DNA of 64,000 bases from an uncultured Gammaproteobacteria bacterium (GCA_963714975.1 CAVQQD010000003.1:32001-96000), one strand, 5' to 3'; counted from the stretch's first letter, positions 29,812 to 41,420 are shown. A program made the numbers and translations. Notes: generated by a model not told the origin, from the letters alone.

Positions 29812-31008
29812 ATGAGTTATTTCGAACGCTTAATAGCCAATAATATTAATCAAAACCTGCAAAGAGGTAAGAGTATTTTGCTGCTAGGTCCCCGCCAAAC
29901 TGGCAAAACTACCCTCATTCAACAGCAAATCAAACCTGATATTAGCTATTCCTTCGCGCAAGTGAGTGTACGCCAACGCTATGAACAAGATCCTAGCTTG
30001 CTGGAAAAGGAATTGGAATCGAGGATTCAAGCTTATGATGAACCACCCGTTATATGTATTGATGAGGTGCAAAAAATCCCCCGAGTTATGGATATTGCTC
30101 AACATCTAATCGATGCTAAATTAGCCAAATTTATTTTGACAGGCTCTTCTGCTCGGAAACTGAAAACCGGCAATGAAATAAATTTACTGCCAGGTCGGGT
30201 TGTTGCTTTGACTATGACGCCATTAAGTTATGCAGAATTGCCAGAACCAAAATCCTCGCTGGAAGATTTATTGCTCTATGGTAGTTTGCCTGGGATTGTT
30301 GCAGAGCCAAATTCGGAAATGCGAGAAGTTGATCTATATTCTTATGTGGCTACTTACTTAGAAGAAGAAATAAGGGCCGAAGCAGCGGTAAGAAACATTG
30401 GCAGTTTTTCACGATTTTTAGAAATTGCCGCAGGAGAATCAGGCAAGCAAATAAATTTTACCAGCCTATCTCAAGATGTTGGGGTTTCTGACACCACGGT
30501 GGCAAACTATTACCAGGTGTTAGAAGATTGTTTAATTGTTCATCGCATCGATCCCATTTCTAATTCACATACTAAACGCCGCTTAATTAAATCTCCTAAG
30601 TTTTTATTTTTTGACTTAGGGATACGGCGAGCTTGTGCTAATGAAGGCAGAAAATTGCCCTATAATATTATGGGACATTTACTTGAACAGTATGTGGGGA
30701 ATGCTTTGCTGTGGGAAATGCAATTTAAATTACCCCAAGCAAAATTAAAATATTGGCGCGATGCTGCCGGACCAGAGGTAGATTATGTGTTAGAAATTTT
30801 TCATCAATATCTGCCGATTGAGATTAAATGGTCAGATAAACCCAATGAAACCGATGCACGAAATCTTAAAAAATTTATGGAAATCTATCCGGAAACGCGA
30901 CAAGCTTACATAATTTGCCGTACACCTCAACGCTATAACGTATTGGATAAAATCACGGTGTTGCCTTGGCAGGAATTGGGAGATATTTTAAATATATACC
31001 TTCCGTAG
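29812..31008 (+). CDS. AAA_14 ATPase with DUF4143 C-terminus
   Basis: GPRQTGKT, CIDEVQK, LTGSSARKL, LPGR, PKFLFFDLG, EVDYV...IEIK. Confidence 0.9.
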   Translation: MSYFERLIANNINQNLQRGKSILLLGPRQTGKTTLIQQQIKPDISYSFAQVSVRQRYEQDPSLLEKELESRIQAYDEPPVICIDEVQKIPRVMDIAQHLIDAKLAKFILTGSSARKLKTGNEINLLPGRVVALTMTPLSYAELPEPKSSLEDLLLYGSLPGIVAEPNSEMREVDLYSYVATYLEEEIRAEAAVRNIGSFSRFLEIAAGESGKQINFTSLSQDVGVSDTTVANYYQVLEDCLIVHRIDPISNSHTKRRLIKSPKFLFFDLGIRRACANEGRKLPYNIMGHLLEQYVGNALLWEMQFKLPQAKLKYWRDAAGPEVDYVLEIFHQYLPIEIKWSDKPNETDARNLKKFMEIYPETRQAYIICRTPQRYNVLDKITVLPWQELGDILNIYLP

Positions 31009-31314
31009 AAGTAAGTCGTCTTGATCCTCATTGGGTTCTTGAGCTACTGGATTGATCACTACAAGAGGTTGCAATGCTATGTTTTGATTGGGGTGATTTG
31101 CTGCAATATTTGCGCTCTCTGCTTTATATTTGCGGTGATAATAAAAGGCAGCGGCAAAACAGCCTAAAGCTATAGTGGGAATCGCAACACCTGCTGCAAA
31201 TAGAGCCCAGGTTTGTGGAAGCAGATGTGAATTTTCTATTAAAGAGGATATAGGAAGATATAAGCCAAAGGGGGCAGAAAAAATAGTAAGCACAGTAAAT
31301 AGTGTGCCTCGCAT
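30988..31314 (-). CDS. Small two-TM hypothetical protein
   Basis: GAGAG RBS; two hydrophobic segments; acidic tail. Confidence 0.55.
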   Translation of the reverse strand: MRGTLFTVLTIFSAPFGLYLPISSLIENSHLLPQTWALFAAGVAIPTIALGCFAAAFYYHRKYKAESANIAANHPNQNIALQPLVVINPVAQEPNEDQDDLLLRKVYI

Positions 31315-31506
31315 AAAAAAACTCTCTCGGTGATATTCATAGGTATAGATATTCATAAAATAAGCCACCCTTAATAAAAAATTTGCTTTTCCTAAAAAGC
31401 CGGTGAATAATAGCGATAACCGTGGGCAGTGCCCACGGCCGCGCCAAAAGAATGCTCAAACATTCTTGAGGCACTTCCGGCAACGAACCTTATAAGGAGG
31501 TCCGCA

Positions 31507-31734
31507 GTGGCTTTAGTAGCTTACTCGATTACGCATTCTCGTAAAACTCTTTTCTGTATGCTCGCCAATTTTTTTCACCTGCATTGCCTCGGGCGGATGT
31601 TTCACGCCTGGGCCAACAAATCCTTACTGAATGATTTTCCTCGCATGCCACAGCGGTGTTGCTGGCATCAGGTTGGGATTTGCCGTGGGTTTTTTAGTGG
31701 CCGACATGCAGGACAAGAGGAGGTAAGCTGGTAG
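31507..31734 (+). CDS. 75-aa Cys/His/Phe-rich small ORF (copy 1)
   Basis: AAGGAGG RBS, GTG start; same length and frame in copy 2 with synonymous and non-synonymous changes, no indels. Confidence 0.5.
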   Translation: MALVAYSITHSRKTLFCMLANFFHLHCLGRMFHAWANKSLLNDFPRMPQRCCWHQVGICRGFFSGRHAGQEEVSW

Positions 31735-31876
31735 CAGAGGAAATAGGTAGGGCGAACGAGCAGGTCATCCCGAGGAGCTTGCGACGAGGGATCTCTGTGC
31801 CAGTTTGCAGGAGATCCCTCGCCGTTGCTCGGGATGACCGTGCCTGTTCGCCCTCGCCTATAAAAACCCTCTGCTG
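31733..31876. repeat. Long hairpin containing a family D doublet (31763-31839)
   Basis: ggtcatcccgag...ctcgggatgacc within arms ataggtagggcgaac / gttcgccctcgcctat. Confidence 0.8.
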
Positions 31877-31927
31877 CCGCTTCCTTGATTCGTTGTTCGT
31901 TTCTTCTATAACTCCAGGAGCACACCC

Positions 31928-32425
31928 ATGAATGATAATAACATCAAACCCGCTTTTAAATGCTTTCGTCAACCAGGACATCGCCCTCCTCTCGTTGATA
32001 CCCTGACAAAAATAAGAAACTTGGGTATGAGCATCAATATTTTATTGGTTGAGGACGAACCGATGGCGACCCGTGCGATCAAAGGTTCCTTTAAAGACCT
32101 CGGTTGTCAGGTGGAGGTGGCCAATTGTGGCTTAGTTGCTTTAGAAAAGCTGCACAATCCTTTTCAGTTAATCATCTGTGATTTGGGACTGCCGGACTTA
32201 AATGGCATGGAGGTTGCCCGCCAGTTTCGGCACAGCCCAGGCCCTAATAGCCAGACACCAATTCTCATTGCCACTGCGCATGGGGATAAAAAATTAAAAG
32301 CTGAAGCGCGAGAATTAGGATTAACGGGTTTTCTCCATAAGCCCGTATTGTATGAATTGTGTGAGCAAATACTAAATAGATTAGTGTTGTCACAGCCACC
32401 GGCCGGTTATTTTTTTGAGAATTAA
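31928..32425 (+). CDS. Single-domain response regulator (receiver), copy 1
   Basis: ILLVEDE, ICDLGLPD, TAH, LHKP; alternative start 32027. Confidence 0.88.
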   Translation: MNDNNIKPAFKCFRQPGHRPPLVDTLTKIRNLGMSINILLVEDEPMATRAIKGSFKDLGCQVEVANCGLVALEKLHNPFQLIICDLGLPDLNGMEVARQFRHSPGPNSQTPILIATAHGDKKLKAEARELGLTGFLHKPVLYELCEQILNRLVLSQPPAGYFFEN

Positions 32426-32467
32426 GAAAGACCGCCGTTCGTTGGCTGTGTAGTTGCTGGCTTCAAT

Positions 32468-32523
32468 CCTAATTACAAACTGGTGCGACCCCGCCAGTTG
32501 TATACTGGGGCGGTGGAGAGGAA
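32468..32523 (+). repeat. 56-bp copy of the gltA 3' end (27767-27822)
   Basis: 2 mismatches; antisense strand encodes the giant protein C-terminus and stop. Confidence 0.9.
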
Positions 32524-35500
32524 TGCTGTTGTTTAATTTTATAAGCAGCTACTGCAATAGCAATTACCGAAAGTCCGATCACTACGCTTGCATAATTGGG
32601 GATATTAAGCACCGGGGTGTTGCTAGTTAAAAAGCCGAAGTCATTTTGGTAATCCACTCCAATACCGTAAGCGGCTAACCCTAACCCGCACACTCCGATG
32701 AGGGCCGCAGTGTAAATGCGGCGATAGCTTACAGTCAGCTGCTGTAACAATCTAAAAAAATCATGGGCATTGAGTGGATGTTTGTAAGGGTGTTGCCTCG
32801 GGTGCAAAAATGCTTCCACAAAGGCTTCAGCTTCGAATAAATTTCCCAATTGTTGTTGTGCGAGTGCAGTCCAAGAGGCCGGGGAAAAAGGAGGCACGGT
32901 GATAATGTGCGAGCGATCGCGTAAAGCGGGTGACAGCGGAGTGGTGTCTTTTTCAGTGCCAAAATTTTGTTGGCCCAGTACCAGGAAGCCCGGATTTTCG
33001 TGGTTTATTTCGGTTAAACATTGCTCTAAATGGGATTTATCTATATCCGTCAAAAAATTGAATTGTTTAATGACCAATACCAGGCCTTGCCGATGAGCAT
33101 GGTCGACTAGGGTTTTGAAATTGCGCGCACCTGCACTAATAGTGATATGGGGAGTGTGATGTTGCTTGAGCATAGATTCAATCAGGCTCAACTTGCCACA
33201 TCCTGCCGCCCCTTGCAGAAGTACGCAGCGTTTAAAAGCCAGATTCGCGTTGCTACCTTTATGCTCTGTCAAAACATGATTTCTAATTAATAATGCCTGG
33301 GTTATGGCCTGCTTTGCATCCTGTAATTCTGCGGGAAATAATCGAGCATTAAGCTGAAAAGGTTTTGCAGTTTTTTCTAACCAGCGTGCTTCATCCAACA
33401 TAAGGACACGGATTAAATCCCTGCGGAAGTCGCGTTGCTTTTGGGGTTCTTCTATCCGCAGCGCAAATTCACCACAGAGCGCTTCAAATAGTAAATCTAC
33501 TTTTGGACGAGGTTCTGCGTTCTTTTCTAAAACTTTATAAAGCTGCATTAGATCTTGCAAATCACGCATCGAGTAGGAGGTCAGCGGTTCATATTTTTTA
33601 TACAGATCAGCACCCATTAAAGCCAGTTCAGCAATTTCCTTGGTCATTGTGCCAGTTAAATACTCTTGTAAGTATTCCTTGCCTGGCATTTTACATTGCA
33701 CAGTTTCACCGTAGAATCGCAATAACTCGTGATAATGCCGGCCGCTATACCATTCGGGGTTTACTGCGGCGACAATTTTACAATTCTTAAATTTCTCAGG
33801 TGGATAAAATTCGCCGCGAAAGAAAAGCGCACGATTTTTTTTAATGGCTTTTAATAAATGCAGTAGCTCGGGATCGTGCTTGTTGACCTCATCCAGCAGC
33901 AGCAATTTTATTTTATCTGCTGAACCATTTAGCCAATTTCCGATTTGGTCCAACCCGGAATAGCAATGATATTTCAAGGGAGTTTCATCATCAATCGCAA
34001 CCACCTTGTCGTCTGACATAACTACCTTGTTATCTCGAAAAATCTCATCATTCGGCAGGGACATCCCGTTCTCCCGCAGAGCCTCGTCTTTCTTAGCAAT
34101 ATCAGTTGCTTTTTTTTCTTCTCGTAATTCATTGAGAATATGAGTTTTACCCACTCCAGGCTCACCCTTCAGCACAATGAACTTAGTCACTTGATCCTCG
34201 TCAATAAGATAATCTAAGCGTTCTTTCATTTTGCTATATCGATCAAGATCCGTTTTGACACTACTTGCAGATTTTCGTTCAGGTGCAGAGCTTGCCTCAG
34301 CTTCCCGTTCTTTTAACTTCTCGAACATTTTGCTCCAGGTTTCACTGGTCCAGGAGTCGAACAAAGAGGTAGAAGATTGTTCTAGCCATTCTTCGCCCAG
34401 GAGTGCACGCAGTGTTTTGCCATCGCAGATATTTAATAAGCGCCAAGCGTGATTTTGATCTTTAGGAATTTCTTTAAATTTTTCCAGGCGAATGTTGGGA
34501 CCTTGTTCGGAATAGTCAAATAAAAATTTACCCAATACATTAAGAAATGCGTAATATTCACTGTCTGTAGTGTAATCATCCAGCATCAATCCTTTAATGG
34601 GATTGTGGGAATGCAGGTGGCGTTTGCGACGCAGCAGCACCTGCTGCATCGAATATAAGCGCTCCCAATTCATGCCAAAATCTTTAGGCATGGCCTGGCC
34701 CCGATGGGGATATTGCGCTGCTTTGAAAAACAATAATAACTTTTTGACTACTGCTTCCTTACTTTTAAATTCTTCTTTATTTTCCTTTAATAAATCCTGT
34801 TCATAATCTTTATCGGTAAAATCGCAGGAAATAGTCTGAAAAATAGCAGGAGGGGCCGATGCAGGCTGCACACTAATCAGGCGGCCTTCCTTAATTGCAA
34901 TGCGCTCATTATTAAATTCTAAATAAGGCTTTTCTAAAAAAAGAGCAGCGAACTCTTGTTGTAATCGCGGTGACAAGGTCCCATTGAGGATGACGGTTTT
35001 ATCTGCTTCCAAGGCTTTAAATACGGCTCGTTTCTTAATTGTAAAAAGCACTTCGTCTTGGTTAGAAGCTTTTCGTTCTTCTTTTGCTGCGGATTTACCG
35101 GGAGTTATGCTGACTAGTAATTCAGAGACGGTAAGATCGGAGGTCAAGTCAATAATAAACGCATCCCCTTTTTTTTCTGGATCATAAAGTTTCAATAATT
35201 TTTCCGCTAAATAATCCGGATCATTGCTGGTGAAACAACGAGAGGAGGGGACAGCTTGTAACTCTGCCGGATCGATTTTTTGCACTTTCGTTTCAGTGGG
35301 AGCAAGTTGAAATTGAAAATGGCTTTCTGGAAATTTTTCTTTAATATACACGGATAATTGCCGCCAATCTTCTTTGGGAATTTCCTGGGTAATGTAAAAG
35401 ATTACCTCTTGAGGATTATTCGCATATTGCGCCAGTTTCCCCAGTCTGCTGGAAATTGTGTTATCCGTTTCATTGTAATGAATCTCTTCGTATAGGGTGT

Positions 35501-38500
35501 CCCAATTGTTGAGATGCAGGCAAATTTTAGTAGCTGGTGTTAGATTCTTTTTTTCTTCCGTGATCAAGGACCAGGGCGGAGATTCGGCAGAAGAGGGTGG
35601 GGTTTTCTCAGCAGAAATGCGAACGGTGGTTTCTTTGGGCACATCTTTCCACTGACCGTTAAAATAAAAACGTCCTTCGGTGTTAATTTGTTGGAGTAAT
35701 TGCTGCAGCTGCGGATCTTCTGGCGGATTGTGAATAATTAAAGGACATTTATTTTTAATCGCTTGCAATAGTGAACCAGGCATTAATTTAATCTCACCTG
35801 GATTGAATTCAAAGCTCGCTAATAATTTTTCTTCCCAGTTGACTAAGGGGGATAAGTAGCAGTGAATAGCCTTTAGTTCGTCGTCCGGGCGTAAGTCCCC
35901 CTCTCCCCAACCCTCTCCCACCTTCCCTCGCTGACGCTCGGGCGGGGGAGAGGGAGTCCAAGTGCTCTCTCCCACCTTCCTTCGTTGACGCTCGGATGGA
36001 GGAGAGGGCACTTGGGCTGCCCCCCCTCTCCCCCGCCCGAGCGCCAGCGAGGGAAGGTGGGAGAGGGTTGGGGAGAGGGGGGCTTGGCAAAGTACACACC
36101 GTACAATCATTAACAAATGGACAGAGATTATCCTCATGAAGATAGCCAAGGATTTCAACCTTATTTCCAACGGCATGGTGATTCCAGCGTTTTTCCCGCC
36201 ATAACGATTGAAAATAAATCAGCTCTTTAGGGCTAAAAGCCGACCAATTAATTAATAATTTTCCACCGTTTTCGAAAATGTGCTGCAAAGGCCCCGGTAC
36301 TCGTACGCGTTTACCTGTTTCTTCTTGCACGGTCCAACTGTCCCAATAACGAGCAAAATCACTAGGATGATCAATACAGAGGAAATTTGGCCGCAGGACC
36401 TGCGTGCGGTTGCCACTGCTAATAATGGCTGCTTTTGCTTGTTCGGAAGTCATGCCTTTCGGCACCCGAATTAAAACTGGTTTGTTAGCGCTACACAATT
36501 TCCAAGCAAATTCGCGATGTTGATTGAGATACCGATGAATTTTATTTTCATAATCATTAGCTCTTTCCTCCAAGCGATTATCAATCGGAGAGTTATTCAG
36601 TTCAGCTTGTAATTGCTTAAGATTATGATTGCGTTTAGCAGTGGCCTTATCTTCCATTGCTCCGCCACCAAAATCGACACGACGCAATGAGCCCTTTTTA
36701 TCACGCACATCGCAATAATCATGGGTTTCATTGTGAATTAGGCATACCTCATCTTCTAATCCTAGGATACAGTGGGCTATCAACATAAAAGCTTCAGCCC
36801 GACCAGCACAAACCCCGACCTGTTGGGTAATCCGCGCCAATAATAGGTCCAAAGAACTCGTATAAGTTCCTTGCAAAGGTTTTTCAGATTCAGGCTTAAA
36901 ATTACTGCAATATGTCGTGAGTTGCGTAATTTTTTTGGTAATGCTGAGATTTTCATCAAATAAAAACGCTAATGGAGGATGAGCTTTTAATTTCGTTTCT
37001 ACTTTCGTAATTAAGTCAGTCGATGTTCTTCTTTTTTGTAACTTTAATTCCGCAATTTCAAGCAATGCAGCGGATTGATAGCTTGGATCGGGAATAAAAT
37101 CATAATAAAGTTTAACGGCTGCTGCATTGCGAGGTTTGTCTAAAATACGGATAAAATACTGCTGAGTGCTAGGATTTTGGTAAAAACCAAGTTTGACTTT
37201 AGAATTGGTATCGTCTTTGTAAATGCGCAGCGAATCTTTAATTGCGGGCGCAGTGAGTGGCAAAGGAAACTCTTGTCCAGCCTGCAATTCTCCCGTAATA
37301 ATAAGAACCCCACTATCAATTTTCGGGTCGATTCCTTTTCGGCGTTGCGTATAGGTTTGGTTAATCTCTTGAATTTTTTGAGGAGCATAACTTGAGCTTA
37401 GAAAGGAAACATGATCCGTTTTGGCTTCGTATTCAATATGATCATACACTTCGATCCGATAATCCCGCACTTGAATCGGAGTAAGGTCATGGTGTTTTAA
37501 GAATGCCGAGCATTGCCCTTCGCCAGTCGCCACGGGTTTGTCGACAGATTGTTGCGGACTAAGCGCTTTCCGCGGTGAAAAAAAGCTGATCCCCTGGATG
37601 GGTGCTTGCGGATTTGATTCTGAGGAGCGAAGGGTTGATTTGGTATCTAACGGGAACATGCCCTGCCCCAGCTTCTCACGTTCCACCTTGTCGTAGTCAA
37701 ATTTTCGTAATTTTCGATTTTTCGTTAAATCATCTCGTGAAAAAGAGCAATTAATATTACACAGATATAGATGCTCTAGTTCAGGACAATTTTCAATTAA
37801 CCGCTGCTCTATAACATCAACCTCATTCATTGAGGAATTTCCTTGTAAAAATAAGTATTTCAAGTTAGGCAGAGTCTCAAAGTTAATCTGCCATTTTTCC
37901 ATTAAGTAGGAATTTTTTTTTACTGATAAAGCATGCAATTGTGGACAGTTTTTTATAGAAAAATTCTCGGCATTTACTGCAATACAATCTTCTAAACAAG
38001 GCATGTCCTGTAAATGAACTATGTCATTATTTAGGATTTTTAAATATTTAAGTTCTGGGAAACGTTTGGCTATTTTTGGATAGTCTTCTTGAGTCAAATC
38101 GGGGCAAGTTATTATTAGCGCTTTTTCTTTACCAGGGCGTTCTTCCACACATTTTCCAAGTTGTTCAATGGTGTCAATAATTATTTCATGAGGTCTGACG
38201 ATATCGGTAAACTGCTGCTCTTCTTCGCTAGGAATCGCTTTAGATTCTTGTACCTGTTTAAAACCCTTGCCAGTGAGTGGAGGCGTAGCCGCTCGTTCGT
38301 CTGTTTTTTCAATGGCTAGCTCTAATTCTCCGTGGAGTACGGAAATTCCAATTGTTTCATAGCAACGACAGCCTAACTCTAGGGTCAATTTTTTAATTCC
38401 ATAGGTGCTTGCGAATGATAAATCAATATTTTTTTCTGAAGGGACAAAATCAGAGACATTTAATTCCTTGACATTATATCCTTGCAAATAAGGAATGAGT

Positions 38501-39213
38501 TTCTGGATCTCTTGACTGGTTGAGCGTTGGATTTTTAATGTATGCAAATTAGGAAAATTTTTTAAAATATACAGCAAGGCTTCTTGATTAGGGGCGTATA
38601 AATTAGCGGTGGTTATTAAGCTTAGATCTGCTCCCTGAAGCTCTTTTATAGTACGCTCCAGCCAAGACCGAGTCCCCATAATAAAAATCTCATGTTTTGG
38701 CCGCCCCCAGCGTGCCTCCCAAGCTTGTTTGTCTAAAACTATCCAGTCATCGAGAGCAATTTGTTGCTTAGTATTGATCAAGCTGGCTTTTATGCGGGCC
38801 GCATAATCAATTTTAATGGCCTCTCTTTGTTTAAAAAAATCTGCAAGGCTTTGTAAGGGGATGGCTTTAGCCAGGGTTTCTTCAGGCCCTTTCCATAAAT
38901 ATACTTCGTAATATTGAATAAGTTCGGAGAGAACTGCCAGCTCTCCCGCACGCAATTCATAATCAAAAGGATACGAGATGAGTATTTTCTTTTTACCGGT
39001 ATTGGCTTGGGGATGGTTATTGATAAAACAATCGGCATTGTCTCTAAGCAGGGCATTATGTTTATTGAGTTTATTCGGGCCTTTGTTGCTTGGCGTAGAG
39101 GATGGTGCTGATTCATGAACCACTTTTCCTAATAGCCATTGAGTCACTGCCTCTTCAGAATATAGAGGATCTCTTCTCGCGTCTCTTCTTGGAACTGTAG
39201 TTTCACTGGACAT
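32469..39213 (-). pseudogene. Giant LRR-like/transglutaminase-like/multi-AAA/TM protein, copy 1, frameshifted at 36020-36026
   Basis: Two ORFs (35809-39213 and 32469-36176) colinear with intact copy 2; C7 versus C6 tract; may be a sequencing error. Confidence 0.8.
35893..36085. repeat. Family A-related triple palindromic element inside giant gene copy 1 (193 bp)
   Basis: aagtccccctctccccaaccctctccc...gggagagggttggggagaggggggctt. Confidence 0.88.
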
Positions 39214-39247
39214 GGAAAATATTTAGCATGGTGGTTAACTTAGGTAT

Positions 39248-39280
39248 ATCTTACTTTGATAATATTAAGTGAATATTAAC
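39248..39280 (-). promoter_or_regulatory. PmrA-like box plus -10 for giant gene 1
   Basis: gTTAATATT-ca-cTTAATATT-N7-TAAGAT. Confidence 0.72.
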
Positions 39281-39304
39281 TCGAGAGCCCTAAGTTCCAG
39301 CCAC

Positions 39305-39371
39305 CTCTGTAGGGGACAAAAATAATCCCTCCCTTTGGAAAAGGGAGGGATTATTTTTGTCCCCTACAGAG
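39305..39371. mobile_element. 67-bp perfect palindrome with 9-bp flanking direct repeat
   Basis: 32-bp arms, 3-nt loop; tccagccac at 39296-39304 and 39372-39380. Confidence 0.8.
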
Positions 39372-39428
39372 TCCAGCCACAAAGGAAAAGTATGTAATCA
39401 TTCATTCATTACTTTTCAATCTGTAATA

Positions 39429-40070
39429 TTGACATCCTCTCCGGCATAAATGCCGGAGATTCCATACATGTGGCTGTGCCACGAGTATGAGGTTCTCGTT
39501 TCTACGCCGCACCCAACGCGCTTGCTCCACGAGCCATCACAGCATGCCCTGCTGCTAAAATATTTTTCGCCGCGTTCAAATCAGCATTTGCTGCATATCC
39601 GCACGATACACACGCAAATTCACCCCGGGATTTTGTAAGTCTCCCGATGCGGATCGACTCATATTTTTTACTTGCAAATCTTCCACAACCACTACCGCGT
39701 GGCTTTTGCTGATGCGGGTTGTAGTCTTGTGTAAAAAATCTCGTCTCATGTTCGATGCTTTTTGATGCAGTGCCTCTACTCGAGCCACTTGCTTCTTCCA
39801 TCGCCCAGAAAATTTTTGCTTCTTCGCTAATTTGCGCTGCTCTATCCCTAATCTTTTTTCTATCTGCCTAAAACTATTCAAGGATTCTATAGTGTCACCA
39901 TTGGATAGGGTCGCGAATTTTGCAATGCCTGCGTCTATACCTACGCTATCGACTGCTGTTGACTGCGAAGAGATGTCTTGTTGTACTTGGATACTGATAT
40001 ACCAATGTTTTCCTTGCCGCGATACCGTTACATTTCGTATGTCCCCTATGACCTCCTGGCTTCTTATTTA
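39429..40070 (-). pseudogene. tnpB: IS200/IS605 tnpB remnant with intact right end
   Basis: GIDAG, VEDL, FACVSCG..NADLNAAKNI motifs; 5' truncation and internal deletion; terminal hairpin tctccggca-taaa-tgccggaga then TCAA. Confidence 0.88.
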
Positions 40071-40091
40071 GCTCACTGATGAAGTTAAAAA

Positions 40092-40299
40092 GTAACCATT
40101 CACCACGATTTTGCCTCTCCCCTTGCGGGAGAGGCCGCCGCGCCGTAAGGCGCGCGGGTGAGGGGTAAGCAGCAGTTAGCATTTAGCTAATAAAATGCTC
40201 CTTGCTGATTCCAAGTTTACCCCTCATCCGCCCTTTCGGGCACCTTCTCCCACAAGGGGAGAAGGATTTTTACGCACAAAAAAGATGGTGAATGATTAC
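40092..40299 (-). mobile_element. MITE-1 copy (inverted)
   Basis: TIRs gtaaccattcacca / tggtgaatgattac. Confidence 0.88.
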
Positions 40300-40454
40300 A
40301 AATAATATAAGGCCATCTTAATAAAAAAGTTTGCTTTTAATAAAAAGCCGGCGAATAATAGCGATAACCGTGGGCAGTGCCCACGGCCGCGCCAAAAGGA
40401 TGCTCGAAACATTCTTGAGGCACTTCCGGCAACGAACCTTAGTGGAGGTCCGCA

Positions 40455-40682
40455 GTGGCTCTAGCAGCTTACTCGATTACGCGCTCGCGTAAAACTTTTT
40501 TCTGTGTGCTTGTCACTTTTTTTCACCCACATTGCGTTGGGCGGATGTTTTGCGCCTGGGGCAACAAATTCTTGCTGAATGATTTTCCTCGAATGCCACA
40601 GCGGTGTTGCTGGCATAAGGTAGGGATTTGCCGTGGGTTTTTTAGTGACTGGGATTCAGGGCAAGAGGAGGTAAGCTGGTAG
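40455..40682 (+). CDS. 75-aa Cys/His/Phe-rich small ORF (copy 2)
   Basis: GGAGG RBS; paralog of 31507-31734. Confidence 0.5.
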   Translation: MALAAYSITRSRKTFFCVLVTFFHPHCVGRMFCAWGNKFLLNDFPRMPQRCCWHKVGICRGFFSDWDSGQEEVSW

Positions 40683-40823
40683 CAGAGGAAATAGGTAGGG
40701 CGAACGAGCAGGTCATCCCGAGGAGCTTGCGACGAGGGATCTCTGTGCCAGTTGCAGGAGATCCCTCGCCGTTGCTCGGGATGACCGTGCCTGTTCGCCC
40801 TTGCCTATAAAAACCCTCTGCTG
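40681..40823. repeat. Long hairpin with family D doublet (copy 2)
   Basis: Near-identical to 31733-31876. Confidence 0.8.
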
Positions 40824-40874
40824 CCGCTTCCTTGATTCGTTGTTCGTTTCTTCTATAAATCCAGGAGCACACCC

Positions 40875-41372
40875 ATGAATGATAATAACATCAAACCCGC
40901 TTTTAAATGCTTTCGTCAACCAGGGCATCGCCCTCCTCTCGTTGATACCCTGACAAAAATAAAAAACTTCGGTGTGACTATCCATATTTTATTGGTTGAG
41001 GACGAACCGATGGCGACCCGCGCCATCAGCGGCTCCTTTAAACAGCTTGGTTGTCATGTGGATATAGCCAATTGTGGGCTAGTCGCATTGGAGAAGCTGC
41101 ACAATCCTTTTCAGTTAATCATCTGCGATTTGGGACTTCCGGACATAAATGGCATGGAGGTTGCCCGCCAGTTTCGGCACAGCCCCGGTCCTAACAGCCA
41201 GACACCAATTCTCATTGCCACTGCGCATGGGGATAAAAAATTAAAAGCTGAAGCGCGAGAATTAGGATTAACGGGTTTTCTCCATAAGCCCGTATTATAT
41301 GAATTGTGTGAGCAAATACTAAATAGATTAGTGTTGTCACAGCCACCGGCCGGTTACTTTTTTGAGAATTAA
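40875..41372 (+). CDS. Single-domain response regulator (receiver), copy 2
   Basis: ILLVEDE, ICDLGLPD, TAH, LHKP. Confidence 0.88.
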   Translation: MNDNNIKPAFKCFRQPGHRPPLVDTLTKIKNFGVTIHILLVEDEPMATRAISGSFKQLGCHVDIANCGLVALEKLHNPFQLIICDLGLPDINGMEVARQFRHSPGPNSQTPILIATAHGDKKLKAEARELGLTGFLHKPVLYELCEQILNRLVLSQPPAGYFFEN

Positions 41373-41378
41373 GAAAGG

Positions 41379-41417
41379 CCGCCGTTCGTTGGCTGTGTAG
41401 TTGCTGGCTTCAATCCT
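41379..41417 (+). repeat. Left 39-bp direct repeat of the ATPase cassette (partner 43233-43271)
   Basis: ccgccgttcgttggctgtgtagttgctggcttcaatcct; single copy at the empty site 32432-32470. Confidence 0.9.
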
Positions 41418-41420
41418 TTC

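Noticed and set aside
31668-31981. Minus-strand ORFs over the leader hairpin (also 40642-40985)
   Set aside because: A 1-nt indel between the copies swaps their frames, arguing against coding.
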